DNA of 33,982 nucleotides. It comes from a candidate division WOR-3 bacterium (GTDB lineage: Bacteria > Hydrothermota > Tepidihabitantia > SM23-42 > CAYGYG01). Shown one piece after another: positions 18,001 through 25,043 of the stretch. The notes under the pieces are model-generated. The model was not told the DNA's origin. It made no database searches and saw only the letters and a list, made by a program, of their open reading frames with translations. The stretch lies in contig CBFGIV010000024.1 of the NCBI GenBank assembly GCA_965648915.1, positions 1-33,982 of the forward strand, written 5' to 3'. The translations under genes were made by a program, and so were the position numbers. The number at the start of each line of letters is the position of its first letter. The stretch's first letter is position 1.

Positions 18001-20541
18001 GATCTGAGCGCGCCAGGTCGGTCTTGTCCCCCGGGTAAAGAGCGGTATCGAATCCCTGGTATTGCCGCGATTCTCAATATAGTGGTTATACCAGATCGAA
18101 TCGAATCTTGAGACGAAACCCTGTCGATCTGGATCGACTATGATATTTGTAACGGGTATCACTGTTGTTCGGACAATTGCACTATCTCTTGTGGTCGGGA
18201 TATTGGTTGATTGACCCCTGAGGATTGTTGTATCGGTCCAGCCGGCGATGGCGGTTGAGTCGGCTTTGATCTGGAGTATGATATTCTGCCTTCCACCGAA
18301 GGGTGCAAGTTTTACATACGAGATCACGCGGTGCAGAGAATCATAAATGATCGCCCTTGCCCAGGGTCGGGTCCGGCCAGTAGTTAATAAAATTGAGTCG
18401 GTTGCATTGCCGTTATTAACAACATAAAGACTGTATTCGGTCGAGTCTCTGGGTCGGACTGTCCCCTGACGGTCGGGGTCGACAATGATGCTAGCGGTCA
18501 ATCTTATAGTTGTTCTCAATATTGCGCTGTCTCTAACCGCTGCTGACCATCTTGAAGTCCCAACCAGTCTTGTCGTATCGGTCCTTCCGGCCGGTGCATT
18601 GGATGGTGATTTTATCCAGGTGAATATTCCACGCCGGCCGCCAAGAGCAGCGACCGCAATTCGCGAGATGGTCACTCCGTTCGAGTCACAGACGCGTGCA
18701 CTCCATCCGGAAATAGTTCCATTGGTAACAAAGGAAACCGTATCATTGGCATTGCCATTGTTGATCACATCTACCGGATACCGGATCGAATCGCCCGAAG
18801 CAATTGTTCCGGATTGATCAGGGTCAACAAGGATACTGGCCCGGACCTTAACCCGGGTACTTAAGATTGCGCTATCCTGAACTGTTGTCCGCCAGCATGA
18901 GGTTCCCCGAACCGTGGTCAGGTCAGTTGTGCCACCCAGGGCATTGGTCGGTGCCTTTATCCAGCAGAAGAAGCCTCTTCTTGCGCCAAAAGGATTTACC
19001 GCAATCCGGCTGATGACAAGACCGGATGAGTCGACCAGCCGGGCAGTCCAGTTGGGCAATGTCCGGACCGTCACAAGGCTGATGGTATCGATGATATTAC
19101 CATTATTTGTAACCGTTAGGGGATAGCGGACTGAATCACCCGGAAATAGTGAATCACTCTGGTTTGGATCAACCAGGATTGAAGCGAGGAGTTTGACACG
19201 GGTGGTTAAAAGGGCAATATCGAAGATGTTTACATCCACTGAAGACCTTCCGGTCACAGTCGTCAAGTCGATCTGTCCAGCTGGCGCATTTGATGGCGGA
19301 GTTAGTCTTATTACGATGTAAGTTGATTGCCCCCGGGCCAGTGGACCGGTATCAGGGATACCGTCGCCGTCAGTATCCGGTAAGGGCGTAACCGAGTCCG
19401 CTCTTAGTCTGGCTACAGTCCAGGTCGATATTGTGCCTGATGTAGTAATATCTATTGTATCAGTTCGCCAACCATTGTTGGTAACCTGGAGACGATAATA
19501 CTTTGGCACACCTGGATCGGTTGAGTCACTCTGGTCTGGATCAACAATGACATTCACATAGACATAGTGCCCCCGTTCATTATAATTATAAGGAATGGCG
19601 CCGATATCATATGTTCCACCAATTGCATAGACGAAACTGTCAACCCGGGCAAAGCCTAAGGCAAATCGGGCATAGTTCATTGGTGTTTCGGAGATCCAGG
19701 TATTGGTTGGTGGGGTATTATAAAATTCAGCAACATTAACCTCCTGGGGCGTTCCTGGTCCGGCACCACCAGCAGTAAAGATAAAACTTCTACCCGAGGC
19801 AGTGACTGAATCGGGCATAAGCGTGCTCCGGGCAGTGATCATTGCCGAGTTAACCAGGGTCCAGATGTTGGTTGCGGGATTATATTCATAAACTTTGTTA
19901 CAACGCAGTCCCAAGCGGTCAGTCCCACCGATAACGTAGATTCTTCCCCCATAACTTACCGCACCACAATACCTGAGTGATTCAGGTAGCGGGGCCATCT
20001 GTGCCCAGGTATTGGTTGAGGGATCATAGCGCTGGCAGGCGACTTCATTATAACCACCTGAAACCCCTCCATATCTTCCTCCAATCACATAGACATAGTT
20101 TCCACAGGCAGTACCAGCGCAACCATAAACTGGAAGAGGCAGAGGGGCCAGCGAGGTCCAGGAATTTGTCGATGGATTATACCTTTCATTCCGGTCGCTC
20201 GGTGGTAAACTTGAAAGGGTGCTATCAATACCACCAATGGCGTAAATCAGACCATTGAGGGTTGCACTGGCAAATGCCTTCCTCGGATAGAGCATCGGCG
20301 CCATTGTTGCCCAGGAGTTGGTAGCAGGAGAATATCGCTCATTAACTCTGGTAATATAATTACCATCCCAGTTCTGAGAACCACCAAAACAGTAGATATA
20401 GCCTGAGACCATTCCAACACCGAAATGGCTACGTGCAGTTGGCATTGGTGTCATAATTGTCCAGAAGACGCGGGCATGGCCTAAAGTGGATAATATTATG
20501 AGACCAGCAAGATGTTTATAAAATAACCCTCGATTCAGCAT
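15049..20541 (-). CDS. Large secreted protein: 6 Kelch repeats, 12 tandem Ig-like (NEW3/COG1470-like) repeats, T9SS/FlgD-like C-terminal domain
   Basis: Signal peptide. Six Kelch blades (W..MAPM..R...IYxIGG). Twelve ~115-120 aa repeats starting I(I/L)VDPD/NQ. CTD IYNRLGE...WNGKNTNGKTVSPGVYIY. AGGAGG RBS. Confidence 0.85.
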   Translation of the reverse strand: MLNRGLFYKHLAGLIILSTLGHARVFWTIMTPMPTARSHFGVGMVSGYIYCFGGSQNWDGNYITRVNERYSPATNSWATMAPMLYPRKAFASATLNGLIYAIGGIDSTLSSLPPSDRNERYNPSTNSWTSLAPLPLPVYGCAGTACGNYVYVIGGRYGGVSGGYNEVACQRYDPSTNTWAQMAPLPESLRYCGAVSYGGRIYVIGGTDRLGLRCNKVYEYNPATNIWTLVNSAMITARSTLMPDSVTASGRSFIFTAGGAGPGTPQEVNVAEFYNTPPTNTWISETPMNYARFALGFARVDSFVYAIGGTYDIGAIPYNYNERGHYVYVNVIVDPDQSDSTDPGVPKYYRLQVTNNGWRTDTIDITTSGTISTWTVARLRADSVTPLPDTDGDGIPDTGPLARGQSTYIVIRLTPPSNAPAGQIDLTTVTGRSSVDVNIFDIALLTTRVKLLASILVDPNQSDSLFPGDSVRYPLTVTNNGNIIDTISLVTVRTLPNWTARLVDSSGLVISRIAVNPFGARRGFFCWIKAPTNALGGTTDLTTVRGTSCWRTTVQDSAILSTRVKVRASILVDPDQSGTIASGDSIRYPVDVINNGNANDTVSFVTNGTISGWSARVCDSNGVTISRIAVAALGGRRGIFTWIKSPSNAPAGRTDTTRLVGTSRWSAAVRDSAILRTTIRLTASIIVDPDRQGTVRPRDSTEYSLYVVNNGNATDSILLTTGRTRPWARAIIYDSLHRVISYVKLAPFGGRQNIILQIKADSTAIAGWTDTTILRGQSTNIPTTRDSAIVRTTVIPVTNIIVDPDRQGFVSRFDSIWYNHYIENRGNTRDSIPLFTRGTRPTWRAQIWDSARTQIINNVVLNPGQRKTVYLKIKPDTNSQYRNADTTYLVGYSTSGTARDSARDITEITLDARILVDPDQQNSILPGDSIYYYLYVKNQGNARDTILLSNDAPPPGWTVTIQDSIGNTINRVVLGPIRDSIRIRAKIKSPSNAPMGFADTTFVKGVSRNISTVSDSARLITIIMPLARIIVDPDSQASAAPAETVRYYLNVINQGNATDSILLTRTDTRPSWHSFICDSTGTTQIGYVKLPPQGGRIKIMTKVVSPDTAQAGAVNTTQVIGTSTVVPTVRDTARLTTTIRTTARIIVDPNQASNTIPRQTVRYYLDVINQGNNTDSILLSTANTRPFWNALIYDSAGTNQLTFVKLPGLGGRTKIRVDITPPDTAQAPAGIKDTTYVIGTSTNIPGIKDSARLITTIDFVAGLIIRPDQSGRTLPGRSIDYFLRSINRGNGPDSVNLTRYRTRSGWTAQLLDSTGTNPITRINLGPYNDSVKFILRITPPINVPPTEVDTTIVRGTSITNSSIYDTAIVNTYIGVQANIIVDPDQQANSMPGDTVRYFVNVINDGNATDSITLRTSHTSVGWYAGIFDSTGTIPRTYVRLPPFGGRATIMIKIRSPNNAPQGMSDTTFIHGHSTNDSTVTDSARLITTITGFARIIVDPDRIGRTNPGVTITYLHSVTNLGTMRDSINLLSRGTRSTWLRQIRDSAGINPVSFVVLNPGEARWLTLLITPPNNAGTTDVDTSYLIGVSSINNTVRDSAQDITQINRLISGLNIESNQQATIPSRQTKVYNLTAVLIGNAPDTVELKTKNTRTGWTATLCQKDGTTPLGSKVVVDPSVPFEFTLKVTAPEVSIIGSQAMDTTSNKDSTTVLGNVLFLPNLADSVSLITTVIPGLDIHNFASPFKLQKGTKFIFSVPEAGKVDLVIYNRLGEEIVRVLENRGVNPGIHITPWNGKNTNGKTVSPGVYIYIFKFRSDVTKEETVIKKKTAVTQ

Positions 20542-20598
20542 AAAACCTCCTATTGTTAAGAAAGACTCCTTGACATTGCACAGACTAAATTTATTGTT

Positions 20599-20626
20599 AA
20601 TATAGTCAAACTGACCGATCTGTCAA
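20599..20626 (-). promoter_or_regulatory. Putative promoter for the Kelch/PorV-OmpA operon (TTGACA-16-TATATT)
   Basis: tgtcaa 20621-20626 and aatata 20599-20604. A weaker overlapping TTGACT-16-TAGTCT lies at 20582-20609. Confidence 0.55.
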
Positions 20627-20638
20627 TAAAAATCTGCA

Positions 20639-20911
20639 CTATCCGGAAGCCGACAGATAGGGTAGAAATTCTTCACTTACCGGCGGGATCTTGACCCAGC
20701 GCACTAACTCTTTACCCTCATCAACAATCAGGACCGTTGGAATATCAGTTACTTCATAAAATGCACCTTCAGTCAGTCCGTTTACTTCATCCATATCAAT
20801 ATATTCAATTTCCGGAGTAAAGCCGGTCTTTTTCTTAAAATATTGAAATTTGTTAAGAACATCCTTACAGACCGGACAGGTTGATCGGCCGAAGATTAAG
20901 ATCTTTTTCAT
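20639..20911 (-). CDS. Small thioredoxin/glutaredoxin-like protein
   Basis: CPVC motif and the cis-Pro motif IPT. ATGA overlap with ffh. Confidence 0.82.
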   Translation of the reverse strand: MKKILIFGRSTCPVCKDVLNKFQYFKKKTGFTPEIEYIDMDEVNGLTEGAFYEVTDIPTVLIVDEGKELVRWVKIPPVSEEFLPYLSASG

Positions 20912-22227
20912 TTTGCTCCTCGATATTTTTGTTTGGTGATATTGAATCTACCTGAGAGAGGCATCTTGCCCGAGGATAAGTGCTTCATCATATCTTTTGC
21001 GAGAAAAAACTGTTTCAGTAATTGATTTACATCTGAAACATCTGTTCCACTGCCCAGTGCAATTCTCTTTTTTCTCGACCCATCGATGATCTCGGGATGG
21101 TTACGCTCTTCTCTGGTCATCGAGTTAATAATCGCTTCGACCCGGACAATTTCATTTTCATCAAAGTCATCGGCTTTGACTCCGGGGATCATCGAGGCAA
21201 GTTTCGACAATGGTCCGAGTCTCTTAATCTGTTGCAACTGGAGTCTAAAATCTTCAAGATTGAATTCGCCTTTTTTGATCTTTTTAATCTGTTGGGGAGA
21301 TGATTCCAGGCCGATGGTACTTATCTTCTCAGTTAAAGTCTTGATATCGCCCATCCCTAAGATACGACTGGCGATACGGTCAGGATGAAATTCTTCAAAA
21401 TCTTCAATCTTTTCACCAGTGCCGATAAAGAGAAGGGGAAGGGAGGTGATGGCAACAATTGATAAGGCGGCACCGCCCCGGGAATCACCGTCGAGTTTGG
21501 TCATTATAACTCCAGAGAGATTAAGTCGCGAATGAAACTCCTGAGCCTGCTTTACTGCATCCTGACCGGTCATACCATCGGTTACGATTATCTGCCAATC
21601 CGGTTTAACGGTCTCTCTAATTTTGATCAACTCATCGATCAGTTCATCATCAATGTGAAGTCTTCCCGCCGTATCAATTATCACTAAACCGAGATTGTTC
21701 GAACGCGCTTTTTCGACTGCCTGACCGCAGATGAGAACAGGGTTTAATTCTTCGGTTTCAAAGATTGGGATATTTGCCTTCGATCCGAGAATTTTAAGTT
21801 GTTCCCGGGCAGCGGGCCGTTTGGTATCAGCCGCAACCAGAAGCGGGCGCTGGTTCCGGAAGTGGTTAGCAAGTTTAACCGCAGTCGTTGTCTTGCCTGT
21901 CCCCTGAAGTCCGATAAGACTGATTACAGAAATGGATCGAGTAAATTTTAATAGGCAGGGTTTTTCCCCCAGGAGATTTATCATTTCTTCATAAACAGTC
22001 TTGAGGAGAAGATCGGCCGGGTGGAGTGAGTCTGAAATTTTGAGACCCCGGGCCCGGGCTTCGATCCGGTCTATAAAATCTTTGACAACTCGATAATGGA
22101 CATCGGCCTCAAGCAATGTTATTTTGAGGTCATTGAGAAATTCAGCGAGTTCTCTCTCGGTTATTCGACCCCAGCCGAAGATTTTTCTTTTGACCTTTTC
22201 AAACTGATCGGTTAAATTTTCGAACAT
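20908..22227 (-). CDS. ffh: Signal recognition particle protein
   Basis: GLQGTGKTTT, DTAGRLHID, TKLDGDSRGGAALS, RILGMGDI, SRKKRIALGSG (M domain). Confidence 0.96.
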   Translation of the reverse strand: MFENLTDQFEKVKRKIFGWGRITERELAEFLNDLKITLLEADVHYRVVKDFIDRIEARARGLKISDSLHPADLLLKTVYEEMINLLGEKPCLLKFTRSISVISLIGLQGTGKTTTAVKLANHFRNQRPLLVAADTKRPAAREQLKILGSKANIPIFETEELNPVLICGQAVEKARSNNLGLVIIDTAGRLHIDDELIDELIKIRETVKPDWQIIVTDGMTGQDAVKQAQEFHSRLNLSGVIMTKLDGDSRGGAALSIVAITSLPLLFIGTGEKIEDFEEFHPDRIASRILGMGDIKTLTEKISTIGLESSPQQIKKIKKGEFNLEDFRLQLQQIKRLGPLSKLASMIPGVKADDFDENEIVRVEAIINSMTREERNHPEIIDGSRKKRIALGSGTDVSDVNQLLKQFFLAKDMMKHLSSGKMPLSGRFNITKQKYRGAK

Positions 22228-22862
22228 CTCAGGCCGGCGATGGCTTTTTTATAATCTTCCTGTTTGAAAATTGCGGTCCCGGCAGCGATGATATCGCATC
22301 CTGCGTCGATTACTTCCCGGGCATTGGACTGCTTGAGACCACCATCGACTTCAATCTCGCATCGGAAATTATGTTTTGTAATCCACTCCTTGGCTTCGCT
22401 GATTTTATTTAAGACCTCAGGAATAAATTCCTGCCCACCAAATCCAGGAAAGACACTCATCAACAGGACGACATCGATCTGATAGAGATAGTGGGTGACC
22501 CGATAGAAGCCGGTATCCGGATTCAGAGCAATACCAACTTTACGATCTTGGCTTTTGATTTTTTTAATCAGAAAATTTGCATCCTCAGCCGTTTCAATAT
22601 GAAAACTGATAATATCCGCTCCGGTGTTGATGAATTCGGTTACAAATTTTTCCGGGTGGAGGATCATAAGATGGGCATGAACCGGTAATTTAGTCAACTT
22701 CTTAACCGCCTCGACAATTATTGGGCCGAAGGTTATGTTGGGGACAAAATTACCATCCATAATATCGAGATGGAGAAGATCGGCGCCAGCCTCTTCGACT
22801 GTCTTAATCTCTTCTTCGAGTCGCGAAAAATCGCAGGCAAGGAGCGAGGGGGCAATTTTCAT
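22212..22862 (-). CDS. rpe: Ribulose-phosphate 3-epimerase
   Basis: IAPSLL, HLDIMDGNFVPNITFG, MSVFPGFGGQ, IEVDGG. Confidence 0.96.
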   Translation of the reverse strand: MKIAPSLLACDFSRLEEEIKTVEEAGADLLHLDIMDGNFVPNITFGPIIVEAVKKLTKLPVHAHLMILHPEKFVTEFINTGADIISFHIETAEDANFLIKKIKSQDRKVGIALNPDTGFYRVTHYLYQIDVVLLMSVFPGFGGQEFIPEVLNKISEAKEWITKHNFRCEIEVDGGLKQSNAREVIDAGCDIIAAGTAIFKQEDYKKAIAGLRCSKI

Positions 22863-22868
22863 AATTTG

Positions 22869-23585
22869 TTAATCTCCTTTCTTTTTTACTATGACCAGAT
22901 TTATCGAATCGCCTGTGACCACAACATTTCCCGAAGATGGTGTCTGAACGATAATCGTGCCAGGTTCACCACTCCCCTCAATTTCTTTAATCAACCCGAG
23001 GGTGAGTCCTTTCTGTTTAATAATGGTCGTGGCTTCTTCGATCTTTAGACCAGTTAAATCAGGGACAACAATTCCTTTGCCCAGGCTCAACACAACTGAA
23101 ACCTTAGAACCTTTCGGGATCTCTTTTCCTGGTTCAGGGGTGGTTGATACAATCTGTCCTACGGGAATGGTATCACAGAATGTCGATTCAATCTGACCGA
23201 TTTCAAGTTCGTATTTAGCAAGTATCTGTCTGGCCTTTTCTAATTCAATGGCAAGGATATAAGGGATCGCAATCTTTTCAATGCCCTTGCTGATTGTAAG
23301 GGAGACAACCCTTCCCGTCTTAATCTTTTTACCGGGCAGAGGTTCCTGGATGATAACCTTTCCCTTTTCGATAACTGGATCGAATCTCCGGTTCTGAATG
23401 GTTACTTTCAATCGGGCATCTCTTATTATCTGTATTGCTTCGTCTTCTTCTTTACCGCATACATCAGGAACGGTCACCGTTGCGCCTTTCTGGACAAGCA
23501 GGGGCATTATGATGAAATTAAAAATCAGGAGACCGGAGATGAAGGCAATAACAATACAGAGAGGATAAAAGATTGACTTTTTCAC
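22869..23585 (-). CDS. Membrane-anchored protein with three PASTA domains
   Basis: N-terminal TM segment; repeats VPDVCGK, IPYILAI and VPDLTGL with Q.P.PG...V.L.IS.G. Confidence 0.88.
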   Translation of the reverse strand: MKKSIFYPLCIVIAFISGLLIFNFIIMPLLVQKGATVTVPDVCGKEEDEAIQIIRDARLKVTIQNRRFDPVIEKGKVIIQEPLPGKKIKTGRVVSLTISKGIEKIAIPYILAIELEKARQILAKYELEIGQIESTFCDTIPVGQIVSTTPEPGKEIPKGSKVSVVLSLGKGIVVPDLTGLKIEEATTIIKQKGLTLGLIKEIEGSGEPGTIIVQTPSSGNVVVTGDSINLVIVKKKGD

Positions 23586-24313
23586 TCAAGAACGGTTGCG
23601 ACCGTTAAATTTACACTGCTTCCTTTCTTGACCTTTGTCCCGGCACGGGGCGAGGAGTTTATTACAAAGCCGACATCATATTCAGTGCTTACCTCATAAT
23701 CGATTGAACCCACAACCAGACCGACACTGGCCAGGGTTCGCCGGGCAGTCTCAAGACGACGGCCGATCAGGGCGGGCACAATGACTTCCTGGGCACCTCC
23801 GCTGACGGTTATTGATATTGTCTGACCTCGATCAACCAGAGAGCCAAAAGGGGGTGATGAACTGACGACGAGATCCCTGGCTACTGAATCATTCTCGACG
23901 GTTCGGACCTCTCCAAGTTTCAATCCCATTTCAGTAAGACGCTGGGTTGCTTCGACCAGAGTCATATTTCTCATTATCGGGACAGTTAACTTCGAACTGC
24001 CTTTACTCAACCAGACCGTAACCAGTGTTTTGCGGGGCACAACCGAACCAGGCAGTGGATTCTGGCGGACGATATGGCCGACCGGTATCTCACCGCTCTC
24101 TTCCTCACCGCCCAAGACAAAGAGTAGACCACGATTTTCAGCCAGCATTCTTGCCTGTTCGGGAGTAGAACTTAGCAGGTCAGGAACGACAACATCAGAT
24201 TTGCCCCCTGATATACCGGGGAGGACAAAGAAGAATATCAGACAGACTGCTAAGGCAGTAAATAATGAGACAAAAAAGGAAATCAAAAAAACTTTGGTAC
24301 CATTAAAATACAT
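23582..24313 (-). CDS. Membrane-anchored protein with three PASTA domains
   Basis: N-terminal TM segment; VPDLLS, VPIMRN and VPALIG repeats. AAGGAGG RBS before ATG 24313. Confidence 0.88.
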   Translation of the reverse strand: MYFNGTKVFLISFFVSLFTALAVCLIFFFVLPGISGGKSDVVVPDLLSSTPEQARMLAENRGLLFVLGGEEESGEIPVGHIVRQNPLPGSVVPRKTLVTVWLSKGSSKLTVPIMRNMTLVEATQRLTEMGLKLGEVRTVENDSVARDLVVSSSPPFGSLVDRGQTISITVSGGAQEVIVPALIGRRLETARRTLASVGLVVGSIDYEVSTEYDVGFVINSSPRAGTKVKKGSSVNLTVATVLE

Positions 24314-24328
24314 CAAACCTCCTTAATG

Positions 24329-24357
24329 ATGATAAACCTTTTTTGTGATTATGTCAA
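24329..24357 (-). promoter_or_regulatory. Putative promoter for the PASTA-rpe-ffh operon (TTGACA-17-TATCAT)
   Basis: tgtcaa 24352-24357 and atgata 24329-24334, just upstream of the RBS. Confidence 0.55.
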
Positions 24358-24395
24358 TTATGGAAAACCAACTTTAAACAGCAAATTCTCATCGA

Positions 24396-24601
24396 TGGCA
24401 GCTCAATGGGGCATACTGGCCTGGGCTGATGCCGGAGAGCAAACCAAGCGGAGAGGGCGGGATTTGCACTGTGCCGTTCCGATGAGAGGAATTTAAAGGA
24501 GACGGCATTGACCAAATCACGCAGACTCATTGGCAGCTCAATGAGGCATACTGGCCTGGGCTGATGCCGGAGAGCAAACCAAGCGGAGAGGGCGGGATTT
24601 G
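24396..24601. repeat. 71-bp direct repeat (24396-24466 and 24531-24601) including the last 18 nt of tRNA-Ser
   Basis: TGGCAGCTCAATG(G/A)GGCATAC...GGAGAGGGCGGGATTTG occurs twice with one mismatch, 135-bp period. Confidence 0.95.
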
Positions 24602-24672
24602 AACCCGCGATCCGCCTTTCGGCGGATACACGATTTCCAGTCGTGCTCCTTGGGCCGCTCGGACACCTCTCC
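24584..24672 (-). tRNA. tRNA-Ser (anticodon GGA), CCA not encoded
   Basis: GGAGAGG/CCTCTCC acceptor stem, anticodon arm CACGA-CTGGAAA-TCGTG, long variable arm ATCCGCC-GAAA-GGCGGAT, T arm GCGGG-TTCAAAT-CCCGC, G discriminator. Confidence 0.97.
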
Positions 24673-24708
24673 CGAAAATTCGCCGAATTGAACCACTGAT
24701 AAGTTTTT

Positions 24709-24888
24709 CTATTTTTTAAGATCTTCTTCGGATTTTTCCTCTTCATCAGATTCGACTTCATGCATTGCCTTTTTGAACTCGCGGACCCCTTTACCAAGAC
24801 CCTTTGCGATCTCCGGTATTCTCCTCGCGCCGAAAAAGAGCAGAACAATCAGGAGAATGAGCAGAATTTCCTGCCAGCCAATACCCAT
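24709..24888 (-). CDS. tatA: Twin-arginine translocase TatA/TatE subunit
   Basis: [48 protein letters not shown] before ATG 24888. Confidence 0.93.
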   Translation of the reverse strand: MGIGWQEILLILLIVLLFFGARRIPEIAKGLGKGVREFKKAMHEVESDEEEKSEEDLKK

Positions 24889-24907
24889 CTTTTCAACCTC
24901 CTGATGC

Positions 24908-24935
24908 ATTATATCCTGATATAGAGTTTTGTCAA
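24908..24935 (-). promoter_or_regulatory. Promoter for tatA-tRNA-Ser (TTGACA-16-TATAAT)
   Basis: tgtcaa 24930-24935 and attata 24908-24913. Confidence 0.72.
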
Positions 24936-24955
24936 GACTCATCTAAAAAATTTAT

Positions 24956-24983
24956 TTGACAAACTTAAATTTTCAGTTATACT
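24956..24983 (+). promoter_or_regulatory. Divergent promoter for the subtilase (TTGACA-16-TATACT)
   Basis: TTGACA 24956-24961 and TATACT 24978-24983. Confidence 0.65.
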
Positions 24984-25043
24984 TGGTAAAAATAATAACT
25001 GAGGGAAGAGGATCAATTCAGGCTGTTGATTAAGGAGGTTATA

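Noticed and set aside
24396..24601. CRISPR array
   Set aside because: Only two copies, 71 bp long and derived from the tRNA end; no cas genes.
24354..24848. 164-aa minus-strand ORF
   Set aside because: Overlaps tatA out of frame and runs through the tRNA and repeat, so it is spurious.
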